From Mobula birostris (Eukaryota), in contig NC_092379.1 in NCBI RefSeq assembly GCF_030028105.1, forward strand, positions 27,893,821-27,957,820: a stretch of DNA of 64,000 nt, given 5' to 3'. Position 1 is the stretch's first letter, and each line of letters begins with the position of its first letter. The notes below the pieces were generated by a model. The model was given only the letters and a program-made list of their open reading frames with translations, was not told where the DNA came from and made no database searches. A program made the position numbers and the translations under genes. Shown in pieces: positions 1 through 12,830 of the stretch.

Positions 1-875
1 CTAACTACGTGGTCGAAATGCTCATGCACTTCATATTTGGAACAGCAGATAAGGAAAAATATTATCATTTTATCGAAGGCAGCAATTTATATGTTGAAAG
101 CCAGAGGAGCAATTAAAAAAAAAAGTTCAGAGGCTCTGTTCCCTCCTCAGCGCCCCATGTGATTTTACTGCTGCCGCAGTCAGTTACTACTCTTCTCAAC
201 ACATGGAATGCATCAGCAAAACGACCAATAGTGAATTACGCCGGATGATCATATCCGCTGGTAGTTGGTCTCCACAGGGTAAACACTGGTTGGGTGTTTA
301 GATAATCGCGGAGAAAAAACAAAAGAAATGAAAGGAAAAAAGAAATATCACCCCTGCAAATGGACCATGGTCTAATGAGATTCCTCTTTATCCATGTGAA
401 CAATTATTTTTTCATGATTATTGTTTCGGCATTTCTTAGTCCGGTTATATGTTTGAAATGAGAACAAACAAACACTCCAGCTACTTCTGATACCACACAT
501 TTTATGATACGTCAAAATCTACGTATATCTATCGATCCTTAATAAACATCAGTTTGATGTTGAACAACTTAATCATTGGGAATTTTCAACCCAGGTTTAT
601 CAGTGAAACAGCACTTCATCATATGCGACAGATTTGTTTGTCATCAGTTAAAAGAGATAAATTGCTTATTTTCAGTTCACATGACAATTTTAAAAGAGAG
701 AAACTTTAGGAGCACTGAACAGGCGTGGAAGCTTCTGCGAAAATCGAAGAGTGAGCAATCCCGGTAATTACTTATGCTTTGCTGCCATCTGATGGAATAT
801 ATCTGTATGATTTTTGGCGGTGTTACATGGAACTCAGGAACTCCTTCACGTCTCAATAGCCTATATGGAAAACTT
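1..875 (+). repeat. Partial copy of the V-upstream duplication cassette with no V following
   Basis: 1-60 resembles 13930-13990 and 36960-37020; 530-870 resembles 4880-5240 and 27470-27800. Confidence 0.7.
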
Positions 876-1873
876 CGGTTTTCAGCTCGGATAATGGCGA
901 AGACAACATAAATTAAAGTAAACACAGCTACAGTGATGGTGTCATTTTTGTCCATGTGAGCGATTACTTTTGCAGTGTTATTGATTAGGCATTGCCCAGG
1001 CCGGTTATATAGAGAAAATGAAAAAAAAAAATATCATTCCGTGATGTCACTGCATCGAATCAGAAGAATTCATTATAAAGAACGGGACAGGACATCACAC
1101 ATGTCCCGCACAACATATTATTGTTTACTTTATAAGAACAGGTTGACCCCATTCCGTTTTACGTCGGTTTATTCACATCACATGCACGGCATGTGATCGG
1201 CATTGAATCAGAACATGATTCAAAATTCTGGTGAACTAAACTTACGAACACCATGTTTTCCAGAAAGTCAGTGTCCTTGTTTTCATTTTCAATATGGATA
1301 TTGATTTCTATTTTGAAGAATCCAGAGACCAGGGGAATACATATCATAAAACAAAAGAAAAAATATACTAATACGAGGTACAGTATATTGAATCACATTA
1401 ACGAAGTCCTTACTCCATATTAACATGATTAGAATAATTCGTATATTAGAATATAAACAATTCTATTAAAAAAAAAAGTTCGATACCCACGAATAAAGTC
1501 GATGCTGTTTGGTGAAAAAGAAGAAGAAGAAAAAAAAAAAACCTTATCAGATAATAGGATTAGTTACTATTAGTTTCTATTAACCAACTTCTGTACTTCA
1601 ACGAGATGTCAAAGATGATGAAAATAATTTAAAAACTGCTCCCACAAATCTCGAAAATTTTGGTTCGATTCAGAAATTAACAACAAACCTTTTTTTCTAA
1701 ATTTAAGCATGCCATAACATCCCGTAACCACTGAGCATGATTAGGCGTAACAGCATAATTCCATGTAAACGAAAGCGCCCTCCTAGCCATAAGAGATATA
1801 AAAAGCCAGAATGTGCAAATTAGACGTCTTCAAAATGACATATTTCTTTCCAGCAATACCAAATAGTGCAGTC

Positions 1874-2978
1874 TGTCATAAGGCGGGGGGGGGGGGGGGG
1901 CGAGCGGGGGATGGTGCGTTGCGACTGTACCCAAATGCAAGATACAGACTCTGAAGCACTAGGAATAGGACCGGACCAAGACAGTAGGACGGGGCAGGTC
2001 GCATACTAGGATCTGAGACAGGTAGTTGGGACAGGAAAACAGACGATGCTAGGGAAGCAGGACCAGGACGAGGGAATGGGAACAAGGAGCTTGGTGTGGT
2101 GTCCGTGCCAGAGACCGGAAAAGGACCCAAAACCTGGGTCTTGACTCGGGCTCGGACCCCAAAACTAGGCGAGAGCATGACGTGGCTAAGTTCCTGGAGA
2201 CTAGGGGAGGACGTGACGAGACTTGGGTTCTTTGAGGCTCAAGTTCATGGAGCCTTGACAAAGACATGACGGGGCAGGGGTACTTCCAGGCAACTCCTGT
2301 GCAGGGCGCGGGACTCTACCCCACCGAGGCAAGGACAGGGAGGTACCGACCAACCTCAGGGTAAGGGCAAACGGCCTGGTTTACCCGACGGAGCAAGGGA
2401 CAGGATGCGAAGATCCAACCACATGGTAACGGCAATCGGCCTGGCTTACCTGACGGAGGCAAAGGACAGAAAGGGAGCTAGGTCCAGGGTCGCTCCAGGA
2501 CTCGAGGCGGCCGGTAACCTCGGTGGACTACGGAACAGCCAAATCTATATCTCGATAACTGCACAAGTCTTCCACCGGTGGGCTGCTCCAAGGGGACATT
2601 GACGAGGCAAGGCGAGGCGAGGCTGCAGACGAGGCGAGGCGAGGCTGCAGACGAGGCAAGGCGAGGCAAGACTTCAGACGGGGCAAGGCAAGGCAAGGCT
2701 TCAGAAGAGACAAGACGAGGCAAGGCTTCAGACGAGGCAAGGCGAGGCAAGGTTTCAGGCAATGGCTGCAGGCAAGGCATCAGGAGGAAGGTGAAGTGAA
2801 GAGATTGTTTGGACAGCAACAATCCAGCACCCAGAGGCTGATCCTGAAAATTTATGAAGCCAGCCTAAGCGAGAATCAGCTGCCTTAACAAAAGCTTGGG
2901 AATACTGGAAAACCTAGCAGAAGGAGCGCGTTCCGGGCAGTGAACTGGAATGCGGTATTCCCGTCGCGGAGCATGATA
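1874..2978. mobile_element. Solo LTR (~1.1 kb) inserted in the L1
   Basis: Ends TGTCA...TGATA, flanked by a 5-bp direct repeat CAGTC (1869-1873 and 2979-2983). The L1 frame (FKPNHLTALFGIA) is restored when it is removed. Confidence 0.7.
2600..2765. repeat. Degenerate GA(C)GAGGCAAGGCGAGGC tandem repeat inside the solo LTR
   Basis: Multiple imperfect gacgaggcaaggcgaggc units. Confidence 0.8.
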
Positions 2979-5724
2979 CAGTCAAATGATTTGGCTTAAA
3001 ATTTACTTTAATGAGTACAGAAAAAGTTTGGAATACTTCCTTCCAATATTTTCAAAGACATGGACATGTCCAAAAATATGAATACATTAAGTTTCTCCAT
3101 TGTTAAACCTATCATAGTAGGGAGATATATCTATATGAAAACGAGATAACATATCCTTGGTCATATCGGTCTTCTGAATTGTAGGAAAGAATGAGGAGCA
3201 CATAACGATGAAGTACTAACTAATTTAAAAAAAATATCTTTACAAGTTTCTTCAGAAATTGAAGTCTGTAAATCTTGTTTCCAAAGATTTTTGATTTTGT
3301 CCAAAGAATCATTTCTCATTCCCAATACGATATCATAAATATTGGATATTGAACCATTTTAAAGCGATTTCATATCAAGAATTTCATCTAATACGTCCTT
3401 ATCAGGACTATTAGGAAATGTATACTCAAACGTTTGTAATTGAGATCCCGCAGGAAATCCCTAATTTGCAATTACCGAAGGAAATGGGTCCTTGGTAAGC
3501 TATATTTAGTTGACAATTGTTCGAATGAAGAAAGTCTTCCGACACAAACATATCCCGGAAACATGTAATGCCCGATTCTTCACATTGGGAACCTCAGTAA
3601 ACCATTTTTTTTTTTGCTAAATCGTATCCAAACCCTTAAAGTATGTTTGACTACCACATTTTCAGTTATTATTCTTAAGGATAAAGGAAGTGAAGATCCC
3701 AAAAGAAAGATAATAGAATATTTATTAACCGAGTTAGCTTCTAAGGAAACCCACCCGGGACAGTCCTCATGCTTAACATAGTATAACCAAAACGTGAAAT
3801 TCCGTATATTAGCTGCCCGGTAATAAAACCTAAAATTTGGTACAGCTAAACCTCCATTCTTTTTACCTTTCTGGAGATGGACTTTAACCAATTGAGGATG
3901 CCTACTTTCCCATATATAGGATGATAAATTAGATTCCAGATAGTCAAAAAAAAAGTATTTCGGAATAAAAACGAGTAAAGCCTGAAAAATGTATTTAAAT
4001 GTAGGTAAAACATTTATTTTAATAGATTTAATTTAATTCGACCAACCAATGATAACGAAAGGGGCGACCGTTTGATACTGTTCTTGTTATACCATTTAAT
4101 GAAGAAAACAATCTTTAAGCAGGTATTTATAATTCTTTGTAATTGTTACACCCAAATATGTGAATTGGTTTCTTACAATTTTAAAATGGAGTTTAATATC
4201 AGTTAATACCAAATTGTTCAAAGAACGAAGCTCACTCTTGTGAAGGCTCAGTTTATATCCGGAAAATTGACTAAAACAAGAGAGTAAAGAAAGTACAGAA
4301 GGGAACGAAGTTTTGACATTAGAAATATAAAGCAATAAATCATCCACATAAAATGAAACTTTGTGGCTAGTACCGTTCCGTAAAATACCAGTGATATTGT
4401 ATCATTAGATTCTCTAAAAGCAACAGGTAAAAGTTGTAAAACCAGGTCGAAGAGCAAAGGACTCAAAGGGCAAACTTGTCTGGTTCCACGTTCAGTTTTA
4501 AATGTTTTAGAAGTCTCAGAATTAGCAATAATCCGAGCAAAAGGAGGTAAGTACAGTAACTGAATCCATTGAAAAAAGTTGGAACCAAAATTATTTTTGT
4601 TTCTAAAATTTTAAATAAATAATGCCATTCAAACAGATCAAAAGCCCTCTCCGCGTCTAAGGATATCACACACTCCGATATCTCCTTAGAAGGAGAATAG
4701 ATAACATCTAATAACCGACGAATATTAAAAACAGAGATTATCTATTTTTAATAAAATCGATCTGATCGCCAAAAATGACGGTAAGATACGTTCCATCCTG
4801 GTTGGTGACAATTGCATAAAAATTAGGCAGGAGATTCCCTGATTAATCTCAACATTCTTCAAAAGGAAATACTGTTTTATATCCGGACATAGATAGGTAC
4901 GTATACCCTCCAATCCTTTCTGTACAATAGTTTGATGTTGAACAACTTGATTTTCGGCAGCTTTCAGTCCATCTTCCCCAGAGAACGGCAACATCAAATG
5001 CGAGAGAGTAGTTTGTCAACAGTTAGGGAGATAAATTGCTTGTTTTCAGTTCACATGATAATTATTAAAAATACAGATACGCTGGGAACGCCCAGCTGGC
5101 GTGGAAGATTCTGTGAAAATCAAGAAATAAACGGTTCTAGTGAGCGAATTACTTAAGCTTTGCTGCCATCTGCTGGAATTTATTTTCGTTGTTCCTGGCA
5201 ATGTTACATGAAACTCAGGACCTCTTAACAGCCGATACGCAAACAATTACCACTGCCATAAACCTAATTAATTGGTAAATTATTAAGAGAAAAGCTACTT
5301 CCTTAGACAGCATGCGAACACATTTAAATATCGTGCTCCATGCTGCTTGCTAATCTTTGCTTTTCAGATCAATTCTGGTGTCTCTACGTTCTGGAGCAAA
5401 TCCACATCAGAGAAGACTAACGACTGATATTGTATAGTTTTCTGAACCAACGCTTGTTAACGCTCCCACTTATTCTGCTCGCTCCCTAGGCTCCGATGAG
5501 CAAGCAGAATTTGTTGAGGCTTCTCCACATGAATTCCCGGCTGCCCTGCATTCCTTCGCCTCTGGCTGACCCTGCACTGCTAATGTTAACTCATAAATTA
5601 TTGACGCTTTTATTCTGTACTTCTGCCATCGCCTCGGGGAAAAAATAATATTTCTTGCACTGCTTCTGAACGCCTTTTTTTTTTCTATTGTGTTTTTCGA
5701 GATTTAGTACGATGCATTCCCTGC

Positions 5725-5735
5725 TGTGATTGGTC
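5725..5735 (+). promoter_or_regulatory. V1 promoter inverted CCAAT box
   Basis: TGTGATTGGTC about 80 nt upstream of the ATG; the identical 11-mer is at the same distance in V2 and V3. Confidence 0.55.
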
Positions 5736-5813
5736 AATTTAGCCGAGGAATTTGTATTTCTCCTCAGGCAAAAAGTTTCTACTCTGTGGCACAGGAGGAC
5801 AGACTCAAATAGA

Positions 5814-6297
5814 ATGATTACGAAGAACCGTCTCACGCCGGTCCTAATTATTGTGTTTCTTCTTTGTAAGATGTGTATTCACTGCAATATTCCAGAACTC
5901 GCTAATCATCTGTAAGAGCGTTTTTTTTATATATATTTATGTAACCATATTTGAAGTAGAGCTTATTCTCTATTATTTATTTTACTTTTAGGCTGGAGTC
6001 TTGAAGACTCAGTGGAACAGTGTGTGGATGCAATGACGTTCGAAGAAGAAAATAATATTACCCTAAACTGTACTTTGCAAACAAACTCTGCAACCCCGAA
6101 TGTTTTCTGGTATAGGCAGCGTACCGGACAGCAACCACAGTACTTGATTCGGATTATAGCAGGGAAATTATACCCAAGTGAGGATATAACCAACCGATTA
6201 TTTGCTTCCTATGATAAAAGTAAAAAAAAAAATAGCGAACTGTGGATTAACAACGCTGTCATCTCTGACTCAGCCATGTATCCCTGTGCGATGAGCA
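5814..6297 (+). pseudogene. TCR V segment V1 (leader 5814-5865, intron 5866-5991, V exon 5992-6297); open frame but probably non-rearranging
   Basis: Paralogue of V2/V3 (CWSLEDSVEQC...TLNC...FWYRQ...DSAMYPCAMS). It has Y-P-C instead of Y-L-C, one extra codon in an A11 run, and a defective RSS. Confidence 0.82.
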
Positions 6298-6348
6298 CGC
6301 GGTGCTGAAAAAAAATAAAATAAAACTCAATTTCCTCGAACAAAAATC
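6298..6348 (+). other. V1 defective RSS
   Basis: The heptamer position reads CGCGGTG (CAC lost), the spacer is 35 nt (6305-6339) and the nonamer is ACAAAAATC (6340-6348). Confidence 0.8.
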
Positions 6349-6372
6349 CTCTTTCACAGATTCGTCGAGAGC

Positions 6373-6386
6373 TCGATACAGGGCGA
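6373..6386 (+). promoter_or_regulatory. CTCF-like motif downstream of V1 RSS (core AG mutated to AC)
   Basis: TCGATACAGGGCGA, 24 nt after the nonamer. Confidence 0.4.
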
Positions 6387-7864
6387 CCAAATCAGGGTGA
6401 ACGTAAATGCTAACTGAAGCTTAAAGGTTTAATCCAATATTTTCATTTGATGCCGTAGTCAGTTACTGTTACCATTGACGTGTCCACTTGGCAGTTGACA
6501 TGGAAGTTTTTGCTCATCGATTACTATAACTGTGATCAAAAACACTTCATTGTAAGTGATTCCTCTGTGTTACTTAATTTATCTAAATATCCACCATTCA
6601 CATCTGAAACTGCACAAACTTTTGTACGGATACATGAATGCTTGTGTGGGGTCCTTTAAAATAGAAAAAGACCAGGCTTTGGCACAAAAATCGCACATGT
6701 CCCAATCAACAATATACCTCAAAATGCTGCAGAAGCTATCGTTTAGAGAACTCGCTCAGGAGCAATCATATGGCTTTTGATTTCTGTCAAAGATTTGATC
6801 GCAGTTTGCTGGATTGCTGTGCTGAATGTCGTTGATTTTTATTACTGCATGAGATTCTTATCTATTTAAGCCCCATAAGCCCCAGCGTCAGATTGTTTCC
6901 CACTTAAATAAATACACTGTAATTGGATTCGCGTTTTTTTTTTAAGTTATACCTAGCGGAGATTCCGTGTCACGATCCATTGTGTTTACCGATGATTTTC
7001 AGATAGCTGTCATACAAATAAGATACAGGTCGCAATATATTTGGAGTGAGGACAACTGTAAGTCAGATCATTTAACAATTTGCAGTATGAATCATTTGAA
7101 ACAATATGTCTTGATTGAGTGCAGCATTGTACTTGTATTCACAACACTTACCGAAAGAGTCTCAAAACCACTTGACATTCACGTTTTAGATAGTGGTCAG
7201 GCTATCACGATTATTGAACATTTTGAACTGGCAGCGTTTATCGGCTGAAATAGCTTTACTAGATATGGTCGATCATTGCCATTGATATCTCAGTTGAAAG
7301 TAAAGTTCATTTTCACATTTCATGACACGTTCTCTCTTATATCCAAATATCGTTCCATCTGTGTGCTGTTGTTCAATTGCCAATTTTACCCTCTGAGGAG
7401 AAGACACTGCACTGGATCGTTCGATTAATTCCATAATTCATCTTCAGCTAGCAGAGGGTCCTATCCCTGTACCCCCAATTTGACTAAGTTTCGTGACATT
7501 GGTAATAAACTCAATTTATCCTGAATCAAGTACTCCAGCTGGAAAGCTGTATTTTGGGGACTGGGAATATAACCACTATGCAATTATAACGCTCAGCTAT
7601 ATTGGTTCGTACTGATCTAGGGGAGACCCCGTCCCCCGCACAACTTTATCTCACGGTTGCGTCGGTTGCTGTGCAATATCACCTGCTACGGCCATCAAAC
7701 ATCAATCATCACCAGCACACGATATACATTTACAAATTACACTTTATAAATCTTACCTGGAAAACGAGATCAATAGAGATGCAATACAAAAAGGTATGAA
7801 TGAAAAATAATGTGCCAGACTTATCAAAGTTCAGTTCCTTCATGCAAAAAAAAATGATGAAACA

Positions 7865-8728
7865 ATATACAGGGAGGAGGTCAAACACCCAGACAGCTGA
7901 TGCAGGGATAACAACTTGATGCTTAGTGTCACTAAAACCAAGGAAATGATCGTCGATTTCAGACGGTCTCAGCCTGAGCACACACCCCTCAGCATAAGCG
8001 GCTCCACGGAGGAGAGAGTGGAAAACATCAAGTTCCTTGGGGTGCAGATTTCGGACAATATCACCCGGTCCTGGAACACCACTGGGATAGTGAAACGGGC
8101 CCATCAGAGATTGCACTTCCTGAGGAAGCCTAAAGAATCACCACTTTGCAATAACATCTTGATTACATTCAACAGAGGCGTGGTTGAGAATGTGCTGACC
8201 TTTTGCATCACAACCTGGTACTCTAGCTGCAGTGCTGTCGACAAACAAAAAGCCTTGCAGTGTGTGGTTAGGGGAGCAGAGAAGGTTATTGGGGACCCCT
8301 ACCTTCTGTCCAAGACCTCTTTCAGAGTCGATGGCTCCAGAAGACACGCTACTTCATAAAAGACCCCTTACACCCTTCCCATGAACTGTTTGTTCTTCTG
8401 CCATCAGACAAACGTTACAGGAACATCAAAACTAAAGCCACAAGGCTGCTAAACAGCTTCCTCCCACAGACAGTCAGACTGCTAAATAGCTGCTCTACCT
8501 GACTCTGCTTTGGACACTTTTACCTTGCACTGGACACTTATAGCTTGATTTTAACTGGTATGTGGCTGTTGTGTTTTACTAACTATTGTTTTGTTTATTA
8601 TTTAGTGCCGCGTTTGTTATGTTATGATTGCACTGCTCCTGAGAAACGCTGTCTCATTCTGCCCTGCAGAGCTGATGTACGGTTAGAATGACAATAACGT
8701 TTTTTGAATCTTTGAATCTTTGAATCTA
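7865..8728 (+). mobile_element. 5'-truncated Rex1/Babar-like LINE (RT C-terminus, 3' UTR and tail)
   Basis: KTKEMIVDFRR..PLSISG..VENIKFLGVQISDNITRSWNT..VKRAHQRLHFLR; ends in (TTTGAATC)n. Confidence 0.82.
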
Positions 8729-9177
8729 AACAGTTGGAGTTCGGGACCTTCCGTCTTCCCCTGCGATCCGCTCCGATCCCACGAATCGTAGCTCGGGACC
8801 ACCTGAGGTGATCGACCATAGTACTCCCAACACGTCTGTCTTCCTATCGGTCGCTCCACCAACTCCCCGCCAAAACCCCTTTTTCGCATCAATATGAGAC
8901 AGCGTATCAATCCAAAAGAAGAATAACATGGACACCGATTGGTTCATTCGCTCTCTTATCCTAAGATAACCCAAACAATCGCCAGCGAGAGAACCTTCTC
9001 AGCATTTAATATAAAAGATTAACATAACAAAGAATCCATTTGTTTAACATACGCAGCAACATAAAAGAAGAAACCCCTCACATAATATAAAGCGCATCAT
9101 TCAAATCCTAGAATTAAAGATTAAAGACGCAACTTTTCCTCAGTGTTCGCAATAAAAGAAACAGTTCGCTATTTATG

Positions 9178-12100
9178 CAGAATCACAGGATCAAAAAACA
9201 AATGAGGAGAAGTAGGCCATTCGGCCCATCGAGTCTGCTCCGCGACTCCACCATGAGCTATTCTATTTTCCCAACTCTTTCCAATTTGCGGCATTTTCCC
9301 CATATCCCTTGATACACTGACTAATTACATACTTATCAATATCCTCTTTAAACACCCTCAATGATCGGGCTTCCACAGCTGTATGTGGCAACGAATTGCA
9401 TAAATCCACAACCCTCTGGCTATTAAAAAATCTCCTCATATCCGTTTTAAATGAGTACCCTCTAATTCTAGACTGTGGCTTTTTGTCGTGGAATTACCCA
9501 CCAAGGGAAACAGCTTTCCACATCTACTCCGTCCAACCCTTTCAATATTCGAAATGTTTCTATGAGATCCGCTCTCATTCTTCTATACTCTAATGAGCTC
9601 ATTCCAAGAGCCGACAAACGCTCCTCATATGTAAGCCCTTGCATTCCAGGAGTCATCCTCGTAAATCTTCTGTGAACTTTCTGCAACATCAGTAAATCCC
9701 TTCTAAAATAGGCTCCCCAAAACTGCACACGGTATTCCAAATGAGGTCTCTCCAGTGTCCGATGTAGCCTCATCAACACCTCCTTACCCTTATACACTGT
9801 TCCTCTTGAAATGAATGCCAACATAGCATTCGCTTTCCTTCTTGCCGATCCAACTTGGTGGTTAACCTTTGCACTTCCGATTTTTGAATTGTCTCACCAT
9901 CTAAATAATAATCTGCCCGATTATTTTGCCTTCCAAAATGTACAACCGTACATTTTCTCAACTTTGTATCTCATCTTCCATTTCTTTGCTCACTCTCCTA
10001 AACTGACTAAGTCTATCTGCAACCTTTCCGTTTCCTCAAAACTTCCTGCTCCTCCACCTATCTTGGTGTCATCCGCAAAACTAGCCACAAAACCATATAA
10101 ACCATACACTAAATAATCGATATACCTTGTAAAAAGAAGCGGCACCAACACCGCCCCTGCGGAACACCACACGTAACCGGCAATCTATCAGAATAGGATC
10201 CCTTTATTCCTACCCTTTGCTTTCTGCCTATCAGCCAATGTTCCACCCATTCCAATATACTTGCTCTAATTCCATGGGCTCTCATCTTATTAAGCAGCCT
10301 CTAATGGGACACCTTATAGAAGGCCTGTTGAAATTCCAAATACACAACACCCACAGCCTCTCCCTTGTCAATCTTTTTTGAGATTACCTCAAAAAATCCC
10401 AATAGGTTGGTGAAGCAAGATCTTCCCTTCATGAAACCCTGCTGGCTTGGGCTTATTTTGTCATGCACCTCGAGGTTTTTCGTAACCGCGTCCTTGAGGA
10501 TCGATCCCAATAACTTTCCAACTACCAATGTCAGTCTAATAGGTCTGTAATTTTCTTTTTGCTGCCTCCCTCCTTTCTTAAACGGCGGAATTGCATTAGC
10601 GACCTTCTAGTCCTCCGGAACCATGCTAGAGTCTATTAATTCCTGGAAGATCATTTCCAATGCCTCCACAATCTACAAAGCCACCTCCCTCAGAACACGT
10701 CGGTGCACCTCATTCAGCCCGGGAGACCTATTGATTCTTAGTCCATTTAGCATCCCAAGCACCTTCTTTCTGGAAATCTTGACTGTACCTAATTCTATTC
10801 CCTGAGACCTCTATCTATCAGGTATGTTGCTCATGTCCTGCACTGGGAATACCGATGCTAAGTACTCATTCAGTTCCTCTGCCATCTCTTTGTTATCCAT
10901 TATAATTTCTCCATCATCATGTTATGCGGTTCCGTGTCACTACTTTACTCTCCATATATATTAAAAAAAATATTCGTATCCTTTTTATATGTTAATTGCC
11001 AACTTCCTTTCATAATTCATGTTTTCATTCCTAATGACTTTATTAGTTTCCTTGTGTAAGTTTTTGAAAGTCGTACTGCACTAGGTTTCCCACTATTTCT
11101 CGCTTCCTTTCACGCCGTAACTTTTGTTTTTATTTCAGCCTTAACCTCTCTCATTACCCACATTTGTGCCATTTTCCATTCCTGATTTTCTTTTTTCTTG
11201 GAATATATTTTCCTACACTTTCCTTATTTCCTGTACGAATTTCATCCAATTCTGCTCTTCCGTCCCTCCATCTAGCTTACTTTTCCAATGGACTTGGGCT
11301 AGTTCCTTTCTCATACCACTGTAACTTCCTATGTTCCACTAAAATATCGATAGACCTGGTATCAGCTTCTCCTTTTCAAATCTGAAAATGAACTCAATCA
11401 TAATCTGATCATACTTCCAAGGGGTTCAAGTACCTTCAGTTCCGTAATCGCCTCAGGTTCATTATACAGCACCCAACCCAAAACAGCCGATCTCCTGGTG
11501 GGCTTCTGGACAAGTTGTTCCAAAAAGCAATCCCGAAGGCATTCTACAAACTGACTCTCCTAAGATCCAGTACCTTCCTAACTTCGCCAATCCACTATCA
11601 TACTAAAATCCTCCATAATTATCTTAACATTTTCCTTCTGACACGCTTTATCTAATTCTAACTGTAACTTGTAGTCCAGATCATGGCTGCTGTTTGGAGG
11701 CCTGTAGATCACTGCTATTAGTGTCTTTTTACCCTTGCCTTTGCTTAACTCCACCCATAAAGATTCGACCTCTTCTGATCCTATGTCCCTTCTGTCTAGA
11801 GATTTAGTATCGTTACCTACCATCACCGTCACGCCACACCCTCTACCTACCTACCTATCTTTCCTGTATACTGCGTATCCTTGGACATTCAGCTCCCAAT
11901 CACATCCATCATTTAGGCATGACTCGGTGATGGCCACATTGTCATATTTTTTAACCTGTAGCTGTACAACAAGATCATCCACCTTATTTCTAATGATGCG
12001 TGAATTTAAGTACAATACATTTAGATCAGTATCTGTTACCGATTTTACTGTATTTCTATCGCACAGCAAATTATCCTGTCTATTCACCTGCCTGTCCTTC

Positions 12101-12830
12101 TTGCCATTTTTTCTGCACAGTATCTTTGACTTATTTCTATTTTGATCTTCCTCGACCCTAACACCATGGTTACCATGTCCCTGGCAACTTAGTTAAAACT
12201 CTCCCTAACAGCTATATTAAACAATCCCGGCAGGATATTAGTACCCTTTGAGTTCAAGTGTAAACCATCGTTTGTGTAGGAGTCATACCTCCCCCAAAAT
12301 AGATGCCAAAGATCGAAGAATTTGAAGCTCTGTCCCCTGCACAGTTACTTAGCCACATAGTCATCTGCTTAATTCTGTTATTCTTACCTTCATTAGCGCG
12401 TGGCTCTGATTATTACTCCGGAGGTCCGGGTTTTCATTTTTTTTTCCTAGCTCCCAGTAATGTTCTTTCAGTACCTCCTCTATTTTTCTGTCCATGTCAT
12501 TGGTAGCAACATGTACCAAGACTTCAGGCTGCTTGCCCTCTCTCCTCAGAATGCTGTCGACCCAATCTGAGACATCCCGCACCCTGACACTAGGGAGTCA
12601 ACACACCATCCGGGTATCCTTGTCCGGCTCGCAGAAACTCCTGTCTGTTCCCCTCACTATGGAATTCCCTATAACTACTGCATTTCTACTTGTTTTCTGG
12701 ATCACGGCACTGGGGAGAGTGCAGGAGTCCCTTTCGCTGTGGTCTTCCACTGTCAGTTCAACCTCTCTAACAGTATCTTAAACAATATAGCGTTTACTGA
12801 GGGGCACTGTCATAGAGGTGCTGTCCACTA
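9178..12830 (-). mobile_element. CR1-like LINE, near full-length and degenerate (ORF1 SGNH esterase fragment plus ORF2 APE-RT)
   Basis: ORF1 EGKQPEVLVHVATND; endonuclease LYLNSRIIRNK..ITESCL and IAVIYRPPNS; RT QGFMKGRSCFTNLL, FADDTKIGG and TLERPHLEYRVQFW; 3' tail near 9180. Confidence 0.9.

Larger units (their letters stand above)
1345..4825 (-). mobile_element. 5'-truncated, degenerate L1-clade LINE (ORF2 RT and C-terminal region), interrupted by a solo LTR
   Basis: Minus-strand fragments ISLDAERAFDLFEWHYLFKILE, SPLLFDL, DDLLLYIS..FSQFSGYKL and GGLAVPNFRFYYRAAN are typical L1 RT motifs and are homologous to the L1 at 51946-62420. Confidence 0.88.

Noticed and set aside
2405-2822. Repetitive ORFs (EARRGK.. 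/ LPRLASS..) suggesting a low-complexity protein
   Set aside because: They are translations of the tandem array inside the solo LTR.
8730-9170. Possible Tx1/L1-like fragment between the Rex1 and CR1 elements
   Set aside because: No diagnostic motif could be recognised with confidence; left unassigned.
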